A stretch of DNA of 64,000 nt from Eledone cirrhosa (Eukaryota): NCBI GenBank assembly GCA_964016885.1, contig OZ024741.1, forward strand, positions 54,622,001-54,686,000, given 5' to 3'. Under the pieces are notes generated by a model. That model was not told where the DNA came from. It ran no database searches and saw only the letters and a list, made by a program, of their open reading frames with translations. Positions 52,224-62,622 of the stretch are shown here, piece after piece. Numbering within the stretch: position 1 is the stretch's first letter; every line of letters begins with the position of its first letter. The translations under genes were made by a program, and so were the position numbers.

Positions 52224-52559
52224 GGTCTCAAACCAGCGTTCTAAATATCTTGCCAAGCCATGCTGACAGGAAATAGTATAGAGTATCTGTTCTATCTCTA
52301 ATGTCAAAGAGTTAAAATTAGGTGGATAAAGAGTAGTCTCCCTTTAAAAGGGGTTTGTTTAGGGGTTTGTTTTTTTTATTTTATATACATGCCTGTATAA
52401 GTGTGTGGGAGAATGCATGAAGGTGTAAGTATGTGAGTGTGTGTGTGTGAGTGTGAGAAGATAAGTCTATTCGTAAATGTGGGGGATAGGTGTTTTCTGG
52501 TGTTAGAACTGGTTTTGTGTGTATATGTGTGAGAGAGAATATATATATATATATATATT

Positions 52560-52920
52560 TCTTCTTCATCCTCTTATTCCTGAGGGGGTCGGGGGCCAGT
52601 ATCCTCAAACATTTCTTCCAGGGGATCCTGTCAGAAGCAACCCCCTCCAACTGATCCGACTGGATCCCCAAGCGAGGCCAGCAAAGCTCTTGGATGTTAT
52701 CAAACCACCTTGCTCAAGATTTACCCATTGGGTCAGTTGCCGGTTGGTTTTGCTCGTAAAATCTGTCCAGCGATTCTTTCCTGAGACATTCTAACCACTT
52801 GCCCATATTATCGGGGCTATAATCTCTCAATTCGAAGTAGTGACTCTACCTGGAGTGACTCTCTCATCTCCGAGCTACGTACTCTATCGAGTAATGTTAC
52901 TCCCAAATCCCTTCGATGAC
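52560..52920 (-). mobile_element. Degenerate RTE-like LINE 3' end
   Basis: Minus strand GVTLLDRVRSSEMRESL..YGQVVRMSQER..VASDRIPWKK; short GAA tail. Confidence 0.7.
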
Positions 52921-53047
52921 CATCGGTCAAATCACAAATGAATAAAATAGGTTTGAAAGAAAATGACAGGTAGGGCAGTATTGAGGACTGAGAAAGGAGT
53001 AGAAAAAAGATAGATGGATATAGAGGAGAAAATAGAGATAGACAGAC

Positions 53048-53087
<40 letters not shown>

Positions 53088-53301
53088 TTCTTTATTTACC
53101 ATAAAGGCATAAAAAGAAGGGACAAATACAAAGGGGGAGTTTACATATAATCGAGTAAAAAGGGTGTAACATGAAAATAATCGAAAATAACCTCAAAAGG
53201 GAGGGGACGTGATGGGGGTTGCACACACCCCCGAAAAAGTGTGCAATCCTTTGCCCGGGGAGCACATGGAGAAGGTGCTCCCCTCTCCTTTACTTCTTTA
53301 C

Positions 53302-56300
53302 CTACAGGATGGTATACAGAGAAGGCCCATTTACACGAGCCATTCTCGCCACTATCACCCACCTTTCATAAAACTGCCTGTGGCCAAGCACCTCTCTCTC
53401 CATTCTTATCCTTCTTCCGAAGTGATATCGGAAGAAGTAGACCAGACTATGGCCAGAGAGGAAGTTGCCTGACCTCAGACCTTTCAATCGTGTCCACCAA
53501 ACAACCTCTTTCAACATGGCTATTACGCACAGAAAAACCGCCTTTGCTTCCTTTGTGAAGAGGGGAGGCGGTTTGATTGTCATCACGGACTCGGCGGTCA
53601 ATTTAATCGGCGCCACCCGCGACAGCAGTTGTTCGGCGTAGCCCCACAGATCAGCCACGCCAGGACATTGCACCAATGCGTGCGCCACGGTTTCTTCGTG
53701 ACGCACGCATCTAGGGCAAATCTTTTTTGAGGGATCCCTGCCCGGGCGCCCGTGTCTGTAGAGCCTCTCTCGAACGGGTAGAGCCCCTCGGTAGCACTGC
53801 CAGGCCAGTGACTTCTGGAAGTTGTCCATTGGTCCTGGGCCGAAAGTCCTACCGAACAGGCTGGCCAGTTCGTCTTCTTCCATGTCCAGCGACTCTCCAA
53901 GGGTGTCATCGCCCCTGCTAGCCACCAGCCCTCTATAGAATGATGAGGTGGATTCTCCACCGATGGCCCGGCCCGCTTGCCAGAGAGCCCTGAGCGCCTG
54001 AGCACACTCAGTGTGCCAGTCTCCCAGTTTTCCGGATCTTTGCTTGACCCAGGACTGTAGCTCGGTGAGTGAGACGAGTCTCGGAAAGGCTCGTTTCACG
54101 AACGGAGCCCACACCGGTTGACCAGTGAGGAATACCTGTAGGTGCCGTAGCCTTAATGCGTGCCTACGCATCATCAACCACGGCATCCCCAGCCCTCCTT
54201 TCGAAGGTTGTTGGCAGCAGATGGATCTTCTCACCATAGGAGGACGCTTCTTCCAAAGAAATTGGAAGAGCATGCGTTCCATGGTGGTGAGTGTTTCCTT
54301 AGGGCAAGGCACGACAGTCAGGCGGTAGTAAGTGACGGACGCTATGTAAATGTTCGCCACCTCCGCCCGGCCTTTTAGGGACAGCTTACACTTGGCCCAT
54401 TTCTGGGTTAGTGCAAACACCTTGTTCGTAACCTCGTTCCAGTTCTTTTCCACCTGGAGGTCCGGTCCAAACCAGACCCCAAGCAACTTTACCGGGCCCT
54501 CCGTCCAGTGTCCGACGACACCGTCAGGAGGCATCGGTTTGCCTCTCCACGTTCCGAGTTGCAGCCCGATGGATTTTTCCCGGTTCAGTTTCGCTCCTGA
54601 CAACCTTTCGTACTCCTCCAGTAAGGTACCGATCGCCTCGATCTCCGAGTCGGTTGATACCATTACTGTTACGTCATCGGCGTAGGCCGACACTGCTTTG
54701 CTCAATCCTGGTTCCAGGGGGATACCCTGCAACAACTCCAACTTCCTCAGTAAAGGCTCGAGAGTCAATACGTACAGAAGGGAGGAGAGAGGGCACCCCT
54801 GTCGAATGGATCGTGTGATTTCGAACGGCTTCGAAAGGTAGCCGTTCACCTTGATCCTAGAACAGATGTGGTTGCTATGTAGGGCAGTGATCCAGCCTCT
54901 GAAAACAGGACCGAACCCAGCCGCCGCTAGCACCGCATCCAGGTAACCATGGTCGACCCTATCGAAGGCCTTAGACTGATCCAAGTTGATCAGGGCTCCA
55001 CCGAAGCCGGGTTTGTTGCCAACCCTCTCTATGATGTATCGCATGAGGTGGAGGTTATCGTGAATGGACCTGGATGGGATAGCACATGTCTGCGCATCTC
55101 CCACCAGGCCACCCACGACAAGCGCCAACCTCTTTGCTAACACCTTGGCCAAAATCTTTAACTCTGTGTTTAGCAGGGTTATGGGCCGAAAATTATTTAT
55201 ACTATCCCCCTTGTTCTCGTCCTTCCTCACCAGCGTGACTACGCCCTTGGCTACAGAACAAGGAATTCTCCCGTTCTGCTGCCAATTGCAGTAGACCGCT
55301 TCGAGGAGTTCGGAGAAGAAGACCGGCATTGCTAAATAAAGTTCGTAAGGTATACCATCGAGACCTGGAGATTTGCGTCTGCTGCATTGGCTCAGCGCAT
55401 CTCCGATCTCATCAGCCGAGATTGGTCCCTCGCAGGACTCTGCCTCTTTGTTCGAGAGACGCGGCAGGCCGTCGAGGTATGGACCGAAATCCACGCCCCG
55501 GCCCGGACCCTCGCCTCCCCCGAACAATCGGGCAAAGTGCTTTTGAAAGGCCTCGCACATCTGCTTAGGCTCCCGGATCACTCGTCCATCTTCGTCTTGC
55601 AACGACCGGATGGTGGATCGATTTCCACTTTTAGCTTCTGTCACGCGGGCCCATCCAACGGCTTTGGCCCCCTCATTACCTAGAGCACGTATTTTACTTC
55701 GAATGACGCAGCCTTCATGCTTTGCATCGAAAAACTGGTTCAAGGCCGTCCTCGATGCCAGCACTCTGGCCACATCTTCGCTCTTGATTGCCTCTTCTAA
55801 TTTACCTGTTAATTCTTTCTCGTTTCTATTCCTATTGGCAGCTAACATCTTGCTATAACTTATTGATTCTGTTCTAATCTCTCTTTTGAGAGATGCCCAC
55901 CATCGGTTGTTGACGATTGCACCCGTCAACCTCTCCTTAACTAATCTGCTAATCCGGTTTCTGTAAGTCTCTTTTGCCGGTAAAGACAAATTAAGTTTCC
56001 AGTAACCGGGACCCTGTCTATGTGTTTTCTCGAGATTGACCACGCAGGTCACTAATTTGTGATCCGTGTAGCCAACCGTGCGCATTTCTGGACAGCTTAA
56101 TATGTCCCTATCCTTACTTCTAACTAAGAATCTATCTAAGTACGATCTAGATTGACCACTGTGGTTTCTCCAAGTCCAGGTAGGCACAGTTGGAAAATCT
56201 AGTCGATATCTATCGACCAAGTTAAAACGGTCGAGTAACCCCTTGAGGCTGTTACACCCCCCTCTATTAGGACATGCTCCTGCATAGTCCCAACGTGCAT

Positions 56301-56739
56301 CCAGGATGTCATTCCAATCCCCCGCTAGAAGCAGGGAACGCGACGTTCCCAGAAAAGTCTCCAAACGCTGGAAGAAGTCGGGCCGTTCAGCTCCGAAAGG
56401 GGAGTAGACGGCGACCAGTCTCAAGGCCGCACTTTCACTACTGCCAACGTCTAGCACCAACAAACGACCCTCCGGGTCCGAGTGCACAACCTGTACGGCA
56501 AGACCCAGGTGTTTTTGCAGCAGCACGACAACCCCGCCCCCACCTCCAGGTTGACAGAGAGATGCATGCACTTCAAAGTCATCGAAGGTGGGAGCCAGCT
56601 GCCGCATGACGCTGATTCGAGTCTCACAGATAACCATTACATTTATACTACATGACCTGAGGTCATTTAGAAGCTTTGCTTGCTTCCAAGTTGAGCCCAG
56701 GCCACGTGCATTCAAACATCCTACTCTTAACACATCCAT
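53302..56739 (-). CDS. Tx1 ORF2: APE endonuclease, reverse transcriptase, C-terminal zinc finger (1145 aa)
   Basis: CLNARGL, ICETR, GDWN, SYLDRF, TDHK, GPGYWKLN, KSPGLDG, LDQSKAFDRVDH, RQGCPLS, YADD, CPRC..ETVAH..C. Confidence 0.95.
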   Translation of the reverse strand: MDVLRVGCLNARGLGSTWKQAKLLNDLRSCSINVMVICETRISVMRQLAPTFDDFEVHASLCQPGGGGGVVVLLQKHLGLAVQVVHSDPEGRLLVLDVGSSESAALRLVAVYSPFGAERPDFFQRLETFLGTSRSLLLAGDWNDILDARWDYAGACPNRGGCNSLKGLLDRFNLVDRYRLDFPTVPTWTWRNHSGQSRSYLDRFLVRSKDRDILSCPEMRTVGYTDHKLVTCVVNLEKTHRQGPGYWKLNLSLPAKETYRNRISRLVKERLTGAIVNNRWWASLKREIRTESISYSKMLAANRNRNEKELTGKLEEAIKSEDVARVLASRTALNQFFDAKHEGCVIRSKIRALGNEGAKAVGWARVTEAKSGNRSTIRSLQDEDGRVIREPKQMCEAFQKHFARLFGGGEGPGRGVDFGPYLDGLPRLSNKEAESCEGPISADEIGDALSQCSRRKSPGLDGIPYELYLAMPVFFSELLEAVYCNWQQNGRIPCSVAKGVVTLVRKDENKGDSINNFRPITLLNTELKILAKVLAKRLALVVGGLVGDAQTCAIPSRSIHDNLHLMRYIIERVGNKPGFGGALINLDQSKAFDRVDHGYLDAVLAAAGFGPVFRGWITALHSNHICSRIKVNGYLSKPFEITRSIRQGCPLSSLLYVLTLEPLLRKLELLQGIPLEPGLSKAVSAYADDVTVMVSTDSEIEAIGTLLEEYERLSGAKLNREKSIGLQLGTWRGKPMPPDGVVGHWTEGPVKLLGVWFGPDLQVEKNWNEVTNKVFALTQKWAKCKLSLKGRAEVANIYIASVTYYRLTVVPCPKETLTTMERMLFQFLWKKRPPMVRRSICCQQPSKGGLGMPWLMMRRHALRLRHLQVFLTGQPVWAPFVKRAFPRLVSLTELQSWVKQRSGKLGDWHTECAQALRALWQAGRAIGGESTSSFYRGLVASRGDDTLGESLDMEEDELASLFGRTFGPGPMDNFQKSLAWQCYRGALPVRERLYRHGRPGRDPSKKICPRCVRHEETVAHALVQCPGVADLWGYAEQLLSRVAPIKLTAESVMTIKPPPLFTKEAKAVFLCVIAMLKEVVWWTRLKGLRSGNFLSGHSLVYFFRYHFGRRIRMEREVLGHRQFYERWVIVARMARVNGPSLYTIL

Positions 56740-56772
56740 GTGGGCGGCAGAGCCAAAGGAGAGTGTAGAGAC

Positions 56773-58653
56773 CTACCTTTCCGCTTCCCGGGGTTCGGGT
56801 TGCACGACTTCCATGGGGTCGGGGGTGTTGGGTGAAGGGGTGTCTTGTGGTGGTGTGGGGTCGTCGGTGTGTGGTGGGGTTGGGGTGTTTGGAGTTGTGT
56901 TGGGGAGGGGAAGGGGAGGGGGAAAGCTTTTTAGTAGGACGCGGTTTATGGGTTTGACAGAGGGTGGTCCTACGTCCTCCTTAAAATCCTTTTTTAGTTT
57001 TTGGTAGAGGTTCATTGGGATTTTTATTAGTTTTAAATGTGGGTGGTTTTCTGATGAAACAAAGTTTACACCTTGGGTTTGTACCGAAGGATTATTGTAT
57101 ATGAGTTCATTTAATTTATTATTGTTTCTGTTGATGTAAGTATAGTGTAATGTCTTTTTTTCCGATGGTGTGAGTGTTTCGAAGAGGGGAGGGGCAGGTT
57201 TGGTTTTGTTTGTTGCTGGAGGGGTGTTTTCTGTTTTGTTAGATTGTGTTGCGATTTGGGTGGGGGTTGTTTGTCCTTGTGTGTTTTGCACATGTTTTCT
57301 TTTTTTCCTTTTAATCTGTCTGAAGGACTCCGTTTCTTCCTCCGAATTCGTTGGGTTATCTTCAGTGTTGGAGGGAAGAGGTATGTTTGCTGGTAATGTT
57401 TCCGTGTTGGTTTTCTTTGTGGGGGAGATGGATGTCACTATGTTAGACTGTGTTGTGTGTTGTGTCTGCGGTGGTTGTGTTGTTTTATTGAGTGAGAGGT
57501 TGGGTGGGCCTGTATTTTGTTTTGGGGTAATGTGTTGTGACTGTTTGTGTTGTGGTGGTGTTGTGGTGTTACTGAGGGACGGGTTGGGTGGGACTGAGTT
57601 TTGTTGTTTGTTTATCTGTTGTGGTGGTGGTGGTGGAGCTGGTGTTGGTAGCAGAGTTTTCTTTTTGTTGAGTTGTGGACAAGCGGCCTTCAGGTGCCCT
57701 CTGCCTGCACAGATATGGCAGGACGGCCTTCTCCCCTCCACGCTAATGTTTATATACCCGTGGTCCTCTAATAGGATTCTGTCGGGTATTTGGGCGATGC
57801 GTTCAGGCTTCATTTGTACTACCAGCTCTATACCTGTTCCACTGAACGCATTGCCTGTGGTTTTCCCAATGGAAATCACGTTGTCATTCACTGGATCGAT
57901 GAAGCCAGCTATGAGCCAGCAGTAGTCCACATCTGGCATCATTGCATCCAGCCATATGCGTTGAGTTTTTTTTCCCATATAAGATGGATAAAAGGTGAAA
58001 TTTTTCGAACGAATCGGTGACAAAGCACATTTTTTTGCCGCCGATTCGTTCTTCATGATAATTGCTAGGCTTCCATACAGTCTGTCTATTCTTATGAAAG
58101 TTGTTTCATTCAGTACTTCTGCGAGTACTGTTTTGATATCTGCTTGAGAAGGCTGTTCAGGTTTTTTTGTACTGTTGTTGATGGTCCGAAACTTGACCGT
58201 TCGGCTTTCAATGTCTTTCGTGAATTCTTGAGGCATTTTTACCAATAAAATACCATTCTCACCTTCACTTATGTATTGTTTTGCGTCCGTGATCCTTCGT
58301 ACCACATCTGAAATGTTTTCCGCTATATAAGTCAAAGATTTCTTTGTTTTCTGTGCAAATGAAATCTGGTCGTCTGCTTTGTTTTCTGATATGATGTTAT
58401 TTTCAACTGTTATTTTTTTGTTTGTTGTGTCTTTGTTTGTGTTATTAGTATTGTCATGCAATTTTTCAAATTTTTTTTTTTCGTTGTTTTCGTCATTTAA
58501 TTTTTTTTCCTCCGCAGATTCGTCCGTTTTTATTTTCATTTTTCCTTCCTTCTCTATGACGTTAGTTGGGAAGGAAGGGAGGACTAAAGCGTGCGAGCTT
58601 ACAACTCTTACCGCTGTCCCCCCACCACTATTTTCGTTCGCTGCGTTTAACAT
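56773..58653 (-). CDS. Tx1 ORF1: nucleic-acid-binding protein with CCHC knuckle (626 aa)
   Basis: CHICAGRGHLKAAC (CX2CX4HX4C), Pro/Thr-rich linker, basic FRQIKRKKRK; directly upstream of ORF2. Confidence 0.88.
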   Translation of the reverse strand: MLNAANENSGGGTAVRVVSSHALVLPSFPTNVIEKEGKMKIKTDESAEEKKLNDENNEKKKFEKLHDNTNNTNKDTTNKKITVENNIISENKADDQISFAQKTKKSLTYIAENISDVVRRITDAKQYISEGENGILLVKMPQEFTKDIESRTVKFRTINNSTKKPEQPSQADIKTVLAEVLNETTFIRIDRLYGSLAIIMKNESAAKKCALSPIRSKNFTFYPSYMGKKTQRIWLDAMMPDVDYCWLIAGFIDPVNDNVISIGKTTGNAFSGTGIELVVQMKPERIAQIPDRILLEDHGYINISVEGRRPSCHICAGRGHLKAACPQLNKKKTLLPTPAPPPPPQQINKQQNSVPPNPSLSNTTTPPQHKQSQHITPKQNTGPPNLSLNKTTQPPQTQHTTQSNIVTSISPTKKTNTETLPANIPLPSNTEDNPTNSEEETESFRQIKRKKRKHVQNTQGQTTPTQIATQSNKTENTPPATNKTKPAPPLFETLTPSEKKTLHYTYINRNNNKLNELIYNNPSVQTQGVNFVSSENHPHLKLIKIPMNLYQKLKKDFKEDVGPPSVKPINRVLLKSFPPPLPLPNTTPNTPTPPHTDDPTPPQDTPSPNTPDPMEVVQPEPREAER

Positions 58654-58885
58654 TTCTGTTAGACGATTGAAATTTTTTACACAAAATTTTTTAAAACAGG
58701 TTTTTCACCTCTAGGAGGGGTAAAGATGAGCTGACCCACCGCCTGACAGTTCAGACGGAGGGTCAAGCTACACAATTGTATCAAAATTAAGTTTGAACTC
58801 ACAAAATTTCCTCAATAAATTTGAACAAAACTTCTGTGCGAAGTGAATGACATCCACACTGTAGAACAGACGACAGCTAGATTAC

Positions 58886-58920
<35 letters not shown>

Positions 58921-59149
58921 TTCTATTTATTTGCCACGAGGGCACAAAAGAAGGGGACAAATACACAGTGGGGGGAGTTTACATAAATCGAGTAAAGAAA
59001 AAGGAATAACAATAATAATATAATAATAAAAAGTCCTCAAAATGGAGGGGGCGTGTTGGGGATTGCACATACCCCCGAAAAGTGTGCAACCTTTTTCGCG
59101 GGGGAAGCCCAGAGAGGAGGCGCTCCCCCTTTCCTCTTCACTTCTTCAC

Positions 59150-62100
59150 CTACAGAACAATGTAGAGAGAAGGGCCATTTACACGAGCCATTCTCGCTTC
59201 TTTCACCCACCTTTCATAAAACTGTCTGGGGCCAAGCACTTCTCTCTCCATCCTGATCCTTCTTCCGAAGTGGTATCGGAAGAAGTAAACCAGGTGATGG
59301 CCGGAGAGAAAGTCACCCGACCTCAGACCTTTCAGGCGCGTCCACCACACAACCTCTTTCATCATGGCTACTACGCACAGAAAGACCGCCTCTGCTTCAT
59401 TTCTGAAGGGAGGAGGCGGCTTTATGTTCACCACAGACTCGGCGGTTAATCGAATCGGCGCCACACGCGACAGCAGTCGTTCGACGTAGCCCCACAGATC
59501 GGCAACGCCCGGGCAGTGTACCAGTGCATGCGCAACGGTTTCCTCGTCGCGCACGCATCTGGGACAGATCTTTTTCGCTGGATCCCTTCCCGGGCGCCCG
59601 TGTCTGTAGAGCTTTTCTCGAACGGGCAGAGCCCCCCGGTAACACTGCCAGGCTAGGGACCTCTGGAAGTTGTCCATGTGTCCCGGGCCGAAAGTTCTAC
59701 CAAACAGGCTGGCCAGTTCGTCCTCCTCCATGCCTAGCGACTCTCCAAGGGTGTCGTCGCCCCTGCTAGCCACCAGCCCTCTATAGAATGTCGAGGTGGA
59801 TTCTCCACTGACAGTCGGGTCCGCTTGCCAGATAGCCGTGAGCGCCTGGGCACACTCGGTGTGCCAGTTGCCCAGTTTTCTCGGTCTTTGCTTCACCCAG
59901 GATTGCAGCTCGGTGAGCGAGACGAGCTGTGGGAAGGCTCGCCTCACAAACGGGGCCCACACCGGCTGACCGGTGAGGAATACCTGTAGATGCCGTAGCC
60001 TCAATGCGTGCCTACGCATCAACAGCCACGGCATACCCAGCCCTCCTTTCGAAGGGTGCTGGCAGCAGATGGATCTCCTCACCATGGGAGGCCGCTTCTT
60101 CCAGAGGAACTGGAAGAGCATGCGTTCCATGATGGTGATCTTTTCCTTGGGGCAAGACACGACGGTCAGGCGGTAGCAGATGACGGACGCTATGTAAGCG
60201 TTCGTCACCTCCGCCCGACCTTTCAGTGATAGTTTGCACTTGGCCCACTTCTGGGTCAGCGCAAACACCCTGCTTGTCACCTCGCCCCAATTCTTCTCCA
60301 CCTGGAGGTCCGGTCCGAACCAGACCCCGAGCAGCTTCACCGGGCCCTCCGTCCACCGCCCGACGACACCGTCTAACGGCATCGGTTTACCCCTCCACGT
60401 TCCGAGTTGCAAACCGACTGACTTGTCCCGGTTCAGCCTAGCCACCGTCAGCCTTTCGTATTCCTCCAGTAGGGTGGCGATCGCCCCGATTTCCGAGTCG
60501 TCCGCCACCATTACTGTTACGTCGTCGGCATAGGCCGAGACCGCTTTGTGCAATCCTGGTTCCAGGGGTATGCCCCGCAGCAACTCCAACTTCCGCAGTA
60601 GTGGCTCGAGAGTCAATACGTACAGAAGGGAGGAGAGGGGGCACCCCTGTCTGATGGACCGGGTGATTTGAAACGGCTCCGAGAGGTAGCCGTTTACTTT
60701 AATCCTAGAGTAGATGTTGCCACTGTGCATGGCAGAAATCCAGCCCCTGAAAACGGGTCCGAAGCCCGCCGCCGCTAGCACCGCATCCAGGTAACCATGG
60801 TCGACCCTATCGAACGCCTTAGATTGATCCAAGTTGATCAGGGCCCAACCAAAGCCGGGTTCGTTGCCAACCCTCTTTATGATGTATCGCATGAGGTGGA
60901 GGTTGTCGTGAATGGACCTGGACGGGATAGCGCATGTCTGCGCGTCTCCCACCAAACCACCCACCACAAGCGCCAACCTCTTCGCCAACACCTTGGCCAA
61001 AATCTGTAACTCTGCATTCAGCAGAGTTATGGGCCTAAAGTTACTTAAATCGTCCCCCTTGCTCTCGTCCTTCCTCACTAGCGGGACCACGCCCTTGGTC
61101 ACAGAACAGGGAATTCTCCCGTTCTGTTGCCAGTTGCAATAGACAGCCTCGAGGAGTTCGGAGAACAAGACCGACATAGCTAAATAAAGTTCGTATGGTA
61201 GACCATCGAGACCCGGAGATTTGCGTCTGCTGCATTGGCTGAGCGCTTCCCCGATTTCAGTGGCTGTGATTGGCCTTTCGCAGCACTCCGCTTCGCCCCT
61301 CGAAAGACGCGGTAGACCGTCGAGGTATGGACCGAAGTCCACATCCCCGTCCGGCCCCCCGCCCCCTCCGAACAGTCGAGCAAAGTGCCTTTGAAAGGCC
61401 TCGCAAATCCGCTCAGGTTCAAGGATCACCCGTCCATCCTGGTCTCGCAAAGACCGAATGGTGGATTTAATCCCACTCTTGGCTTCTGTCACGCGGGCCC
61501 AACTAACAGCTTTGGTCCCCTCGTTTCCTAAAGCACGTATTTTACTTCGGACAACGCAGCCGTCGTGCTTCGCGTCAAAGAACTGGCTCAACGCCGTTCT
61601 CGCCGCTAACACTCTGGCTACGTCTCCGCTCCTAATCGCCTCTTCTAGTTTATCTGTTAACTCCCTTTCCTTCCTATTTCTATTCGCCGCTAGTTCCTTA
61701 CTGTAACCTATCGAACTTACTCTAATCTCTCTCTTTAGAGATACCCACCACCTACTGTTGACGATCGCTCCCGTCAACCGCATCTTAACTAAGCTACTAA
61801 TCCGGTTCCTGTAATCTTTCTTTGCCGGCAAGGACAAGTTCATCTTCCAGTAACCTGGACCCTGTCTATGCGTTCTATCAAGGTTGACCACGCAGGTCAC
61901 TAATTTGTGATCTGAATAGCCAGCTATGATCAATTCTGGACAACTAAATACGTCCCTATCCTTACTCCTAACCAAAAACCTATCTAGGTACGATCTAGAT
62001 TGTCCACTGCGGTTTGCCCAGGTCCAGGTTGGCGCAGTTGGACAATCTAGTCGAAATCTATCGACCAGGTCGAATCGATCGAGTAACCCTTGAGGCTGCT

Positions 62101-62582
62101 ACACCCCCTCTATCGGGACATGCCCCTGCATAGTCCCAACGCGCATCTAGGATTCCATTCCAGTCCCCCACTAAAAGCAGGGAACGCGACGTTCCTAGAA
62201 AAGTCTCCAGACGCTGGAAGAAGTCGGCTCTTTCAGCCCCGAAGGGGGCATAAAGACCGACCAGTCTGAAAGCCCCGCCTTCACCGCCTCCGACGTCCAG
62301 CACCAGTAATCGACCCCCCGGGTCCGAGTGAACAATCTGTACGTCGAGAGCCAGACGTTTATCCAGCAGTACGGCAACTCCCCCCCCCCCCCCGCCTCCG
62401 GGTTGACAGAGAGATGCGTGCATCTCAAAGTCATCGAAGGCGGGAGCCAGCTGTCGCACGCTGCTGATCCGACTCTCGCAAACAACCATCACATCTATAC
62501 TTCGTGACCTGAGGTCACTTAGTAGCTTTGCTTGCTTCCAAGCTGAACCCAGGCCACGCGCGTTCAAACAGCCAACTCTCAA
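59150..62582 (-). pseudogene. Tx1 ORF2 with a 1-nt frameshift in a C-run near 62105
   Basis: Colinear with copy C; five C versus six C at the RGGC codons. Confidence 0.85.
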
Positions 62583-62622
62583 TTGATCTATTTTGGTGTT
62601 GAAAGTGAAGAAAGAAAAGCAC

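Larger units (their letters stand above)
48931..52541 (-). mobile_element. Near full-length Penelope-like element with ~480-bp direct pseudo-LTRs (48931-49411 and 52060-52541), inserted in (TA)n
   Basis: Repeats offset by 3129 bp with only a few substitutions; RT plus GIY-YIG ORF between them. Confidence 0.95.
53087..58885 (-). mobile_element. Full-length Tx1-clade LINE copy C
   Basis: 5' UTR, intact ORF1, intact ORF2 and 3' UTR with AATAAA; (GATA)n on both sides. Confidence 0.96.
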
